From contig JAKBUF010000002.1 in assembly GCA_021844025.1 (NCBI GenBank), positions 1-50,771 of the forward strand: a stretch of DNA of 50,771 bases. The letters run 5' to 3'. The stretch comes from a bacterium. GTDB taxonomy: Bacteria > Patescibacteriota > Minisyncoccia > UBA6257 > JAGOQP01. This document shows positions 1 through 10,042 of the stretch, piece by piece. The notes beneath the pieces are model-generated. The model made no database searches. It was not told the origin of the DNA and saw nothing but the letters and a program-made list of their open reading frames with translations. The translations under genes and the position numbers were made by a program. Positions within the stretch are counted from its first letter, which is position 1. The number at the start of each line of letters is the position of its first letter.

Positions 1-813
1 TTTCACATGGCTGTTTTTTGAATACTGGTACGTGGCACCAGCCATCACTCTTGATGACTCAAATTTTGCAGGTACGATAGACTCATCGTTTGTCATGTAT
101 GACGCCTGCCACAAGAAATTCGCCTGTAACCAAACACTGAAATTGCTCATTATTATTGCCTGGTTCTGAATATAAAATTCAGCGATCATGTTTTCCATTT
201 TTTCTGGCCTTCTCACCACACCCCCCTCTAAATTTACTAGGGGATGGATTTTACCACGGGCTATTAATCCAAAACCCGTTTCGGTTCCGCGGGTTTGTAT
301 AAAAGCACCGAAAATTCCAAGCGCATCAATGGACGCAGATATGTTTCTTGTACCATTACAGTCAAAAACGGAAACATAAAATGTCATGGTTTGCTTTCCC
401 CTAAAATCACGAGTTACATAGGTAGCTCCAATACCATCATTTAACACAGTGAACGTATTCACTGACACCGGATACGATGTCTGAGACATGGTGTGTGGAG
501 CGGGATATAACCACCACACTGGATCTAAAAATCTCCCGGCGGTGATGGTTAGATCACCAAAAGTTTTCGAGACATTGGCAAGCTGTAACTTGCCACTTGA
601 AAAATCGTGGCGAAATTGAACTTTGATTTCAGAGTTTGATAGGTCTACATGCAAACGCATGTAGTCAAACTTGAATTGCTCTCTATCAACGTTTCTCGTC
701 GGGACATTCAACCCAGCAAAAACGTGAATGCCATCAATATTGGGGAGTTGGTTCTGGGCAGACAGTGAACCAGATACGAAAATTGCAAACAAAACCAGTA
801 ATACCTTTCTCAT
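1..813 (-). CDS. secreted beta-rich protein of unknown function (3' end outside window)
   Basis: Absent from the track because it runs off the window. I read all 271 codons from ATG 813..811 down to base 1 and found no stop. GGAG lies about 8 nt upstream. The N-terminus MRKVLLVLFAIFVSGSLSAQ looks like a signal peptide. Confidence 0.6.
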   Translation of the reverse strand, partial: MRKVLLVLFAIFVSGSLSAQNQLPNIDGIHVFAGLNVPTRNVDREQFKFDYMRLHVDLSNSEIKVQFRHDFSSGKLQLANVSKTFGDLTITAGRFLDPVWWLYPAPHTMSQTSYPVSVNTFTVLNDGIGATYVTRDFRGKQTMTFYVSVFDCNGTRNISASIDALGIFGAFIQTRGTETGFGLIARGKIHPLVNLEGGVVRRPEKMENMIAEFYIQNQAIIMSNFSVWLQANFLWQASYMTNDESIVPAKFESSRVMAGATYQYSKNSHVK

Positions 814-986
814 TTTTTTCTCCGTTGTTAATTTAGTTGTTGCGCGGGTGTACAGAACGAGTATAAACTCTTTCCACACAACCCCGTCACAACTAAATTG
901 TTTTTCAATGTTCTGTATGGGTATTATAGCATACAAATGTACTAAAGTCAATACCCTCTTTTTAGTAAGAAAAAGGCGTCTTTTTT

Positions 987-1289
987 CTAAAGGCGCCTTG
1001 GTGGCAGGGATGAATTAAATACCCTTTTTAGAAATTCTCGTTGGGGAATTTTGGTATTATCCCCCAGAAAAATTTTTCCTTGTTCTATATTCTTTCGAAC
1101 ACATTCGCGAATTCTTTTTTTCGTTGCATGTGCTTTAAGGAGAGATTCTAGACGCATCCACTCTCCCAAATATAAAATTCCAACTCGCCCTGTAATAAAA
1201 TCAGAAACAACCATTCCTTTTTGGCGAGAAGATATTTTCCCTTGAGATAGGATGAGAAATCTACGTTCCACTTTTTTTCTCGTATTCAC
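987..1289 (-). CDS. hypothetical protein (weak call)
   Basis: 100-aa ORF with no recognisable motif. An antisense 64-aa ORF competes with it. Confidence 0.3.
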   Translation of the reverse strand: MNTRKKVERRFLILSQGKISSRQKGMVVSDFITGRVGILYLGEWMRLESLLKAHATKKRIRECVRKNIEQGKIFLGDNTKIPQREFLKRVFNSSLPPRRL

Positions 1290-1421
1290 TTTTTACTCCT
1301 ACTTTGTTTAGAAAAGTCCTGCAAAAGATTATAGAAATAAATTAGTTTGAATACAATATATCTCCTGTGGATATCACGCTTTATCTTGTAGATCTGCTGT
1401 CCTATGTGATATAATTGAGGT

Positions 1422-2150
1422 ATGATTACATATACCGCATCAACTAAAAATAAGGTGGTTCATCTTAGAAAACAAGGACTTAGTTACGGAGAGATTCATA
1501 AGAGAACGGGAGTTTCTAAAAGTCTACTTAGTTCATGGTTAAAGAACATTCGTTTGTCTAAGACACAAAAGGAAAGGTTATATACAAAACAAATACAAAT
1601 TCTTTCCAAGGGAACCCAATCACAAAAAGAACGGAGAAAAAGAGAGGTAGAATCTATTATACAAGAAGCAAAAAAACAGATAATTTTACCTCCCTCCGAA
1701 CAGACCTTTTTATTGTTTGGTGCCGCTATTTATTGGGGAGAAGGATCAAAAAGCAATCTACTTCAAGTAACTAATTCTGATCCACGTCTAATACTATTTA
1801 TGGTCCGGTGGATAGAAAAAGTATTCAAAGTTTCAAGAACAAATCTGCACGCAAGACTAAATATATATCCCCAACAAAACGAATCTACTATAAAGAAGTT
1901 TTGGTCGGAGTTAACCGGAATTCCTACAAAAAATTTTGGAAAAAGTTATATAAAGCCGCTTAGTACCGGATACAGAAAAAATAATTTGTATTATGGAACC
2001 ATACGAATAGAAACTCCTCGGAGTGGGAATTTTTTACATACAGTGTACGGTTGGACACAAGCTATATTAGAACAAGAAGATGCCCGAGCAAAGAATATAG
2101 AGAAACGGTGGATTCGTTTGACAAAAAAGGTTCGCCCCGTTAACCTATAA
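1422..2150 (+). CDS. HTH plus LAGLIDADG-like homing-endonuclease-like protein (free-standing)
   Basis: N-terminal resolvase/Hin-type HTH (LRKQGLSYGEIHKRTGVSKSLLSSWLK). Then LLFGAAIYWGEGSKS ... VTNSDPRLILFMVRWI, which resembles a single LAGLIDADG motif plus the following helix. Confidence 0.5.
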   Translation: MITYTASTKNKVVHLRKQGLSYGEIHKRTGVSKSLLSSWLKNIRLSKTQKERLYTKQIQILSKGTQSQKERRKREVESIIQEAKKQIILPPSEQTFLLFGAAIYWGEGSKSNLLQVTNSDPRLILFMVRWIEKVFKVSRTNLHARLNIYPQQNESTIKKFWSELTGIPTKNFGKSYIKPLSTGYRKNNLYYGTIRIETPRSGNFLHTVYGWTQAILEQEDARAKNIEKRWIRLTKKVRPVNL

Positions 2151-2157
2151 AAATAAA

Positions 2158-2230
2158 GCCCTCATAACTCAACTGGTAGAGTAACGCCCTCTTAAGGCGA
2201 GAGTTCTAGGTTCAAATCCTAGTGGGGGCA
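2158..2230 (+). tRNA. tRNA-Lys (anticodon CTT), CCA not encoded
   Basis: Hand-folded 73-nt cloverleaf: acceptor GCCCTCA/TGGGGGC, D stem ACTC/GAGT, anticodon loop CTCTTAA, T arm CTAGG-TTCAAAT-CCTAG. Confidence 0.9.
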
Positions 2231-2258
2231 CAAGTTTTGAAAGTTTTTTACAATTAGT

Positions 2259-2333
2259 GCGGGTGTAGTACAGTGGTTAGTACGCGTGCTTGCCAAGCAC
2301 GATACGGCGGTTCGACTCCGCTCATCCGCTCCA
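2259..2333 (+). tRNA. tRNA-Gly (anticodon GCC), CCA encoded
   Basis: Hand-folded cloverleaf: acceptor GCGGGTG/CATCCGC, D stem GTAC/GTAC, anticodon stem CGTGC/GCACG with loop TTGCCAA, T arm GGCGG-TTCGACT-CCGCT, then T-CCA. Confidence 0.9.
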
Positions 2334-2339
2334 AGATTA

Positions 2340-2401
2340 GGCGGTCCGACGTGCCCCGTATACAACTTTGTTGTTATTCGGGGTTCCGCTTACCCGCTCC
2401 A
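2340..2401 (+). repeat. duplicate of the tRNA-Gly 3' end (T arm plus acceptor 3' strand plus CCA), interrupted by a 34-nt hairpin
   Basis: GGCGGTCCGAC[GTGCCCCGTATACAACTTTGTTGTTATTCGGGGT]TCCGCTTACCCGCTCCA compared with GGCGGTTCGAC-TCCGCTCATCCGCTCCA in the tRNA. Confidence 0.7.
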
Positions 2402-2479
2402 GATATATACAAAAATATCCCACCGTTATGGGATATTTTAATTAGTAATTACGAAACACGACTCACTCATCACTGATCT

Positions 2480-3304
2480 TTACCAATTCTGCGCTGGAAA
2501 TGCTCCCTTAATACCATTTTCTTCTTTATTTAGTTCCAAGACTTCATCCCCCTGAATGGTAATTTTACGAAATAGTGTATACATAGACGAAACATCTTTT
2601 TGCATGTTTTCAAGCGCAATACTCACATCATCTAGTGAAACAGCCACCGCAGGATCCTGCAGGGCATTTTGTAATTGATGTGCGGTGGTATCTATTTTTT
2701 GCATAAGAGTAACCGCTCCCGAAAATACTCCCTCAACAAAAGTGATGTCTTTGCCCTGATTTTTAGCGGCTATGATTTTATTTTGAATTGTTTGAAACCG
2801 AGAAGAGATTAATTGCTGAGTAGTGCGTTGAAAATATCCTATGTATACACTCAACACCGCTCGCTTGAGAGCAACTCCCTCAGTAGTACGGAAAGTATAT
2901 AAATTTGAAGCTAACGTACGTAAGTCCGCAGATGATTGAGCAGAAGCAATGTCGTTTTTATATCCGGTATACACTACCACATGTTGCGTAATACGATCCA
3001 ATAATGCACTCGCGATTGCTGGATTGAATATATCGGTTCTCTGTTCAATGGTGGTTTGTAATTGTGAAAGATATTCTAAAAAGGTATCTACTACCGAACC
3101 AAGAAATTGTTGCTGTTTAATAAATACAACCGGATTGGTGTCGGTTATTTGAGTGGCTACTGTGTCATTTATAGCTGGTTGTGATTGAGTTGGTACGGGA
3201 ACATACGCTGACTCCTGCGCAAAAACAGGAGTTCCTATTAAACCCAATAAACCAAAACCAACACTGTATATAATAATTGCTTTTGTTGAAATAATTTGTT
3301 TCAT
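2480..3304 (-). CDS. secreted hypothetical protein
   Basis: 274-aa ORF with a signal-peptide-like N-terminus ending VFAQES. No catalytic motif recognised. Confidence 0.7.
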   Translation of the reverse strand: MKQIISTKAIIIYSVGFGLLGLIGTPVFAQESAYVPVPTQSQPAINDTVATQITDTNPVVFIKQQQFLGSVVDTFLEYLSQLQTTIEQRTDIFNPAIASALLDRITQHVVVYTGYKNDIASAQSSADLRTLASNLYTFRTTEGVALKRAVLSVYIGYFQRTTQQLISSRFQTIQNKIIAAKNQGKDITFVEGVFSGAVTLMQKIDTTAHQLQNALQDPAVAVSLDDVSIALENMQKDVSSMYTLFRKITIQGDEVLELNKEENGIKGAFPAQNW

Positions 3305-3311
3305 GGTGTGT

Positions 3312-3611
3312 TTAAGGAGTTGTAGTGGCGTTTAGAGTTGAAGAAGATTCAAAATTCTTAAGCGACTGGTCAGCACTTTTGAGTGCTCGCTCGTTTGAGA
3401 TGTATGCGTTTACATCTTGTGCCGCTTTATGATTTTGTTGCTCTTCTTGCCCCATGGTGCGCAACTGCTCTACTTGATTCTGTTCCCGACTAAATGGGTT
3501 GGTTATTGACAGTACCACCCCCACTAAAACCGCTACCCCTAGTAACCATATATAAATGGCTCGTTTCTTGTTTTTCGGGGTTGCCTGAGTTTCCGAGGTC
3601 ATATGATCCAT
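3312..3611 (-). CDS. small membrane-anchored hypothetical protein
   Basis: 99-aa ORF with one TM segment (IYIWLLGVAVLVGVVLSI). Co-directional with its neighbours. Confidence 0.55.
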   Translation of the reverse strand: MDHMTSETQATPKNKKRAIYIWLLGVAVLVGVVLSITNPFSREQNQVEQLRTMGQEEQQNHKAAQDVNAYISNERALKSADQSLKNFESSSTLNATTTP

Positions 3612-3701
3612 AAAAGCTAGGAATTATGCGTGTTATTACACGCCAGGGTAGTATAGCACATAACAAGCTAAAAATCCATTCCCGGCGACTTGGGGCCATT
3701 T

Positions 3702-4655
3702 TTACAGAGCTTGGGTAATACGTAATAGATTTTGCTGTACATATGCCTTATAGGGCCAAATATCAGAAAAGTCTCCCGTGGGGTCCAAAACCACAATACG
3801 TCGGGCACTATCGGGGTATAGTTTCTTAATATCATCAAAGGGTAAACTAAGATCCCCCACCACTATAGCGCGCTTATGTTTTTTTAAATAATCGGCTATG
3901 GACGCAATAGATGCGATTTTTTCTTGAGCACTCTGAATAGGATCGATGGTTTGAACAATATGTCCATTATATTCGGTAATAACCTCCTGCCATCCATCTC
4001 CCCACGTAATAACAGGGGCTACCCGTAAGTTAGACATAGGGTCCTTTACCGAACCATACACATTGTCCAACTGATACGCCACCGCATATGCATTATTCAA
4101 ATATTCAACCTTATGAACTGGATCAGCTTCACTTAATATTTTTGCAATTGCCCGTGCTAAATCTTTTCCCCCTTGAGTAGAGAGCCAGTAGTACCCCTTA
4201 TCTGCTCCCATTATAACGGGAGGTGCTTGGGTAGAAGGAGCTTGGGGAGAATCTTGATCAATAGAAGTACCAATATATGAATCTAAAAATACTTTTATCG
4301 GAGTAGAATCACGTGATCCACATATTTCTTGTATCCATCCGTCTAGTTGCGTATTGAGTCCAAAAAATACCGACGATTTATCACAAAGAGTTAACGGCGT
4401 TTCATCTATTTGGGCGGGAGGAGGTAATACCACCGTAGTTACATATGACCCCCCTATCTCTTGAATGAGGTTTGCTAAAAACTGATGCGATGCTCCTATC
4501 CGTAAAATGGGAGCGGGCGCGTCAATGGGACCCACTACCGTCTCGGGTTGTGGAAATAAAAGATGCCACACCACGAATAACCCAAGCACTATTAAAAATA
4601 CGGCCCCAAAAAGAAGTCCATGATATACAACTCTTTTTGAAATGCGCTTAATCAT
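3702..4655 (-). CDS. membrane-anchored ZnuA/TroA-like solute-binding-fold protein (tentative, metal ligands not evident)
   Basis: N-terminal TM segment. ILRIGASHQFLANLIQEIGGSYV...FGLNTQLDGW resembles the start of cluster-9 metal-binding proteins, but I do not see the usual His ligands. Confidence 0.5.
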   Translation of the reverse strand: MIKRISKRVVYHGLLFGAVFLIVLGLFVVWHLLFPQPETVVGPIDAPAPILRIGASHQFLANLIQEIGGSYVTTVVLPPPAQIDETPLTLCDKSSVFFGLNTQLDGWIQEICGSRDSTPIKVFLDSYIGTSIDQDSPQAPSTQAPPVIMGADKGYYWLSTQGGKDLARAIAKILSEADPVHKVEYLNNAYAVAYQLDNVYGSVKDPMSNLRVAPVITWGDGWQEVITEYNGHIVQTIDPIQSAQEKIASIASIADYLKKHKRAIVVGDLSLPFDDIKKLYPDSARRIVVLDPTGDFSDIWPYKAYVQQNLLRITQAL

Positions 4656-5935
4656 AGTGTGGTTGATGAAGAAGCATCAATAGGAATAATTCCTGAAGAA
4701 AATAGTATTGGTAATGGATCTTCATATCCAAAATCGGTTGGGTTAGAACTCGTATACCCAATGCATTGTGTCTTTTTCCCAGAGGGCAATATACACTCGT
4801 TGGGAATTGGAGATGCAAGTATGGGTTTATCTTTAATTTCAAAATGTAAATGAATATCTGGGTCCCCAACCGCATTACATCCGTCATCTCCCACGTGCCA
4901 ATATGCACATCCATAACCCGTGTTGCCTATAGTTCCTAATATTTCTCCAGACGTAACTGTTTTGCCCGTATAGAGAATTGGGCTTATGGCTGCTAAATGC
5001 CCGTACAATGCGTAGCGTGTTACTCCCTGTAGTTCGTGTTTTATAATAACCACATTCCCCAGTCCCCCATCGTCTTCTCCATTATGAACCAGAAGCGCAA
5101 CGGTGCCCGACGCAATCGCATACGCAGAAAGGTCGGTTGCGTCTTGTTTGGGAGCAAAATCAACGCCGGTATGTTGTATGTAATTTTCTTGTTTATCTTC
5201 GTGCCATGTCCATTCTGTTTTTAGTGGAGAGTTAAATCGTTGTCGAATCCAAAACTGATTCGTATGTACGGGTGATGCTAAAGAATCTTGTGTGTGGGCA
5301 TCGTCTAATGACAAATATGACACCACCGCATCTGTGCGCTGTGCGGTAGTATAAAAATCTTGCGCCACTGGATCAGATAGTCGAATACAACCACCAGAGA
5401 ATTTGCTCGTAACCCGATCACCATTGGTGTAATACGGAATCGCATGAATAAAAAAATCTTCATATAATTGTACCGCATGCTCCATCCATACCGGAAAAAT
5501 AGACGACATAAATTTTTCTCGTTTTACCCCAATCTCAAAATATCCCGTGGGGGTTTGAAACCATTTACCATATGGCGCTTGATATGCAATGGGAAATGTT
5601 TTTTCCAATATACCATGCTGGAAAAAGAGAATGACATTATGAGTAAGGTCAATTTGAAACAATCGCAAACGATTTATAAGCGGTAGTTCTCCACACCACC
5701 GTTGGTCGGCAGTGTTATATAAAACCGTGTTTTGGTCACACACCCAGGGAATATATTGGACAGTAGTAGAGGCAAGATTTGTCGTTGTTGCGTGTGGTGG
5801 TAAAGTTACCGGAACCAAAACCGACGATCGTTGCCGTGACACAAGAGAAAAAATCACAAACGCACCAATACCCGCAACAGCTACGATTAAATACGGAACA
5901 ATGAATAGTGGGCGCTTGTGCATACGCTTTATCAT
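4652..5935 (-). CDS. L,D-transpeptidase (YkuD) domain fused to an M23 metallopeptidase domain
   Basis: FIHAIPY...KFSGGCIRLSD is a YkuD-type His/Cys motif. HTGVDFAP ... LYGHL ... GNTGYG ... HLHFEI are M23 motifs. N-terminal TM anchor. Confidence 0.8.
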   Translation of the reverse strand: MIKRMHKRPLFIVPYLIVAVAGIGAFVIFSLVSRQRSSVLVPVTLPPHATTTNLASTTVQYIPWVCDQNTVLYNTADQRWCGELPLINRLRLFQIDLTHNVILFFQHGILEKTFPIAYQAPYGKWFQTPTGYFEIGVKREKFMSSIFPVWMEHAVQLYEDFFIHAIPYYTNGDRVTSKFSGGCIRLSDPVAQDFYTTAQRTDAVVSYLSLDDAHTQDSLASPVHTNQFWIRQRFNSPLKTEWTWHEDKQENYIQHTGVDFAPKQDATDLSAYAIASGTVALLVHNGEDDGGLGNVVIIKHELQGVTRYALYGHLAAISPILYTGKTVTSGEILGTIGNTGYGCAYWHVGDDGCNAVGDPDIHLHFEIKDKPILASPIPNECILPSGKKTQCIGYTSSNPTDFGYEDPLPILFSSGIIPIDASSSTTL

Positions 5936-5962
5936 AAATGAATGTTTCTATGCCCGCAATAC

Positions 5963-7108
5963 TTATGGGATAACCGTTCCCGGATTTTTTTCTTGTGCCC
6001 ACTCTACCACACGAGAGAGCGGAGTAGTGATTGCATCAACCGAGAACGAAGGGGTTGAAGTTGCCGTATAAAGAGTTACTACAACCGGCGAAGGATTTGC
6101 GTGCAGCGCATCAACGGGAATTGCCACTGATGAAATGAGCCCCCCTACCATGCATAAACGCCACGGGGTTTGCGCGGGAGTATATTGCGTATAGACGGGC
6201 GATCCTAACAACGTCGACATGAGCGGAGCTAAAACATTAGATTGAAATATTATTTTGTATTCCCGATCACACGAAGAAGCAGGAGAAACAAATGGAGAAA
6301 GATTTGTGTATGGTGTTTGCGCTAAAGCAAATGATTGTATGGCGCGTAACGGATCTATCTGTGTAAATGAGTGAAATATTCCCAACGATAATACGGCATC
6401 ACTAAAGCCGAATGCGCGCAACAGATGCACCTCCGCTGGCGCGGTTGAAAATTGTATCCACCGATTGTAGAGAAATGGATAGGGTAACGGGCCCTGAGCA
6501 ATATACATATATAAGGTATCGTGGCTATCGTGCACAATTGTAAACTGCCATGGGATCAGAGAATTTTTCTGCAAGAACATATCTATGCTTGCCTGAGGAG
6601 TGGGCTTTGAAACTACAGCCCCTCGCGCCGATACGGTGAGTGTATCTGAATTTGGTAATGAGAAAGTAGTAGTTGCCACTTTGTATGCAAGCACCGGCAC
6701 TTGTGATAAAGAAGTGAGCGCGCGATTAACTTGAGTTGTGTCTGCGGTTTGATACGCCCCAATTCCGGCTCCCAATGCCACCAATAGACTTACGATACCA
6801 CCACCAATAGCAATCGCAGCGCGACGGTGAGTTTTTGCCCATATTCGTATTCGGGTGGTTTTTGAAATTTGTGCGGTTGTGGGAAGTGTTTGTTGTAACA
6901 GTAAATCTTTTACACTTTTAATCCCTGCTTGTTCCAATACCACCGAGGCATCACGAGTCAGTAATCCCGCGTAATATAATTCATTAAACACCCGCTCAAC
7001 ATCGGAGGTGCTATGTCCTTGAGAAACCAGTGAACGAACTATCTCTCCCCGAGCAATTCCCCGGTGAGCCATATTAATAATTAATTGGTGCAATGCTTCA
7101 TCGTTCAT
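5963..7108 (-). CDS. membrane-anchored hypothetical protein
   Basis: 381-aa ORF with a cytoplasmic helical N-terminus, one TM segment (AIAIGGGIVSLLVALGAGIGAY) and an extracytoplasmic remainder. Confidence 0.65.
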   Translation of the reverse strand: MNDEALHQLIINMAHRGIARGEIVRSLVSQGHSTSDVERVFNELYYAGLLTRDASVVLEQAGIKSVKDLLLQQTLPTTAQISKTTRIRIWAKTHRRAAIAIGGGIVSLLVALGAGIGAYQTADTTQVNRALTSLSQVPVLAYKVATTTFSLPNSDTLTVSARGAVVSKPTPQASIDMFLQKNSLIPWQFTIVHDSHDTLYMYIAQGPLPYPFLYNRWIQFSTAPAEVHLLRAFGFSDAVLSLGIFHSFTQIDPLRAIQSFALAQTPYTNLSPFVSPASSCDREYKIIFQSNVLAPLMSTLLGSPVYTQYTPAQTPWRLCMVGGLISSVAIPVDALHANPSPVVVTLYTATSTPSFSVDAITTPLSRVVEWAQEKNPGTVIP

Positions 7109-7126
7109 ATTACTGGTACGGTGGTA

Positions 7127-8155
<1,029 letters not shown>

Positions 8156-8218
8156 TTACACGTGTTGAGCAAAAAACCACCACAAATGACTGCGGGTGAT
8201 TTTAAAAATATACACATA

Positions 8219-8491
8219 CTATCTTCCGGTAGTTGTGCTTGTGGTAGGAGAAGTATTTTGAGTAATTCCCAATTTTGAAAGATCCCCTACATTAAACTGC
8301 ACCACTGAAGTTTGTTGCGCTTGGGTGTCAATCGCCGAGTTTACCGTTTGAGATAAAAATGAAATAGAACCAATGAATATCCATAGAACCACAATTAGTA
8401 GAACAACTCCGGTTCCCACAAATAATATATCGTTTTTCTTACGATGAAAAAATTCTTTATTAAAAATAATTGATTTCGGAAGAAATGACAT
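8219..8491 (-). CDS. small membrane protein, hypothetical
   Basis: Start moved to MSFLPKS so it does not overlap the upstream gene. One TM segment and a Thr-rich tail. Confidence 0.5.
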   Translation of the reverse strand: MSFLPKSIIFNKEFFHRKKNDILFVGTGVVLLIVVLWIFIGSISFLSQTVNSAIDTQAQQTSVVQFNVGDLSKLGITQNTSPTTSTTTGR

Positions 8492-8501
8492 AGTAAAACA
8501 A

Positions 8502-9041
8502 TTAGTCGTGGAAAAATACTTTACCCGACACAAAGAATCGTGAAACGGCCGCGTTATTAGTAATACCCGTAGTTAAGTCAAATGATTGAATTTGCAAAGC
8601 GTAGTACGATCGTTCAATTTCTTGTAAGAACAAAAGAATGTCTTTGGCGTTTCCTTCAAGGGTCGCCGAAAAACCAATTGAAGCAATGCCATTTTGTTGC
8701 GGAGTCGTTTCACCAGCGGCGTTAAATGAAAACGCAATAGATACATTGTCTTTAAGTGCGCGGGTTTGTAATTCCTTTGACAACAAAACAATATCATCTT
8801 TTTTGGGAACCAATGCTTGCACTTGGGTGCTGTATTGTTTGGCAACATCCCAATCTTTTATGAGCAGCGCGAGCCCCTGAGAGGCTTGCGTGTACGAATT
8901 GCGGCGCTGTGCTAATTCCTGAATAACTTGAGATTCATGATTAATGTTCGCGCGAAACAGCAGTAAAAAAACCGCCAACAACACGATCACTATTCCCGTA
9001 CTTACTCCGCTTCGTATGATGTGTTTCTTAAAATCCGACAT
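8502..9041 (-). CDS. membrane-anchored protein, PilO-like (tentative)
   Basis: One N-terminal TM segment, then a coiled region and a small alpha/beta domain, the layout of PilO/PilN-type pilus assembly proteins. No decisive motif. Confidence 0.5.
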   Translation of the reverse strand: MSDFKKHIIRSGVSTGIVIVLLAVFLLLFRANINHESQVIQELAQRRNSYTQASQGLALLIKDWDVAKQYSTQVQALVPKKDDIVLLSKELQTRALKDNVSIAFSFNAAGETTPQQNGIASIGFSATLEGNAKDILLFLQEIERSYYALQIQSFDLTTGITNNAAVSRFFVSGKVFFHD

Positions 9042-9093
9042 ATATTCCGTGTGTTACCTTACCAATTCATGTATACTAAGCAGTATATACCTC

Positions 9094-9987
9094 ATGCTAG
9101 AAAAAAACAATTTTCCTATACAGCATGCTGACTCATTAGAAACTTGTTTTCCTGTTTATTTGCGTTCGCTCACACGTCCAGTCGCTCGTTTGTATTGGCG
9201 TGGCGATTTATCTGCCACCTGTCCACGCATTGCTATAGTAGGAACGCGCAAAGCATCTCCCGAAGGTAAAAAAATGGCGTATCATATTGCCTACACACTT
9301 GCGCGGGCCGGGTGGTGTGTAGTAAGTGGACTTGCGTTTGGTATTGATGCGGCAGCTCATCAAGGAGCCTTGGCCGCAGGAGGAATTACCTGGGCAGTAT
9401 TGGCACATGGACTTGATACTATTCAACCCAAAAATAATGCCGCGCTTGCTCACACCATACTAAACCAAAATGGCTGTCTTATTTCTGAGTACCCCGCAGG
9501 GACACCACCTCTTCCTCATCGTTTTTTGGAACGCAACAGAATTGTGAGCGGGCTGTGCGAGGCGGTTATTGTTATTGAGGCACCACGAGCTTCAGGATCA
9601 CTTGCCACAGCGCACCACGCACACGAACAACACAAACCGGTATTTGTGTTTCCTGGCCCCGCGACCAGTCCCTTGTACGCGGGATCCCATGAACTTATTC
9701 GCCAGGGCGCCCGTTTGGTACGAAATAGCGATGACATTCTACAAGATCTTGCCTCATATACCACGCAGACCGCGCTCCCCTCTATTCAAAAACACCAGTC
9801 CACCGCTTCACTACAACCCCTTGAAGAAAAAATTTTAGCTCATTTACGCGCTCATAAAAAAACGTTATCCATTGATACTCTCATAGATGAACTGGGAATT
9901 GCTTACCATGAAATTCAACCCGCGCTTGCGTCTTTATGTTCCACGCAACACATAAAAGAAATTGGTCCACAACAATATGAGGCATAA
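9094..9987 (+). CDS. dprA: DNA processing protein DprA
   Basis: GTRKASPEGKKMAYHIAYTLARAGWCVVSGLAFGIDAAAHQGAL matches the DprA Rossmann-like core. Start moved to ATG 9094 because the track start overlaps the upstream minus-strand gene. Confidence 0.85.
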   Translation: MLEKNNFPIQHADSLETCFPVYLRSLTRPVARLYWRGDLSATCPRIAIVGTRKASPEGKKMAYHIAYTLARAGWCVVSGLAFGIDAAAHQGALAAGGITWAVLAHGLDTIQPKNNAALAHTILNQNGCLISEYPAGTPPLPHRFLERNRIVSGLCEAVIVIEAPRASGSLATAHHAHEQHKPVFVFPGPATSPLYAGSHELIRQGARLVRNSDDILQDLASYTTQTALPSIQKHQSTASLQPLEEKILAHLRAHKKTLSIDTLIDELGIAYHEIQPALASLCSTQHIKEIGPQQYEA

Positions 9988-10042
9988 TATCAATATTTGC
10001 CTATTACGCTGAAATACGATATAACCAATTTATCATCACCTC

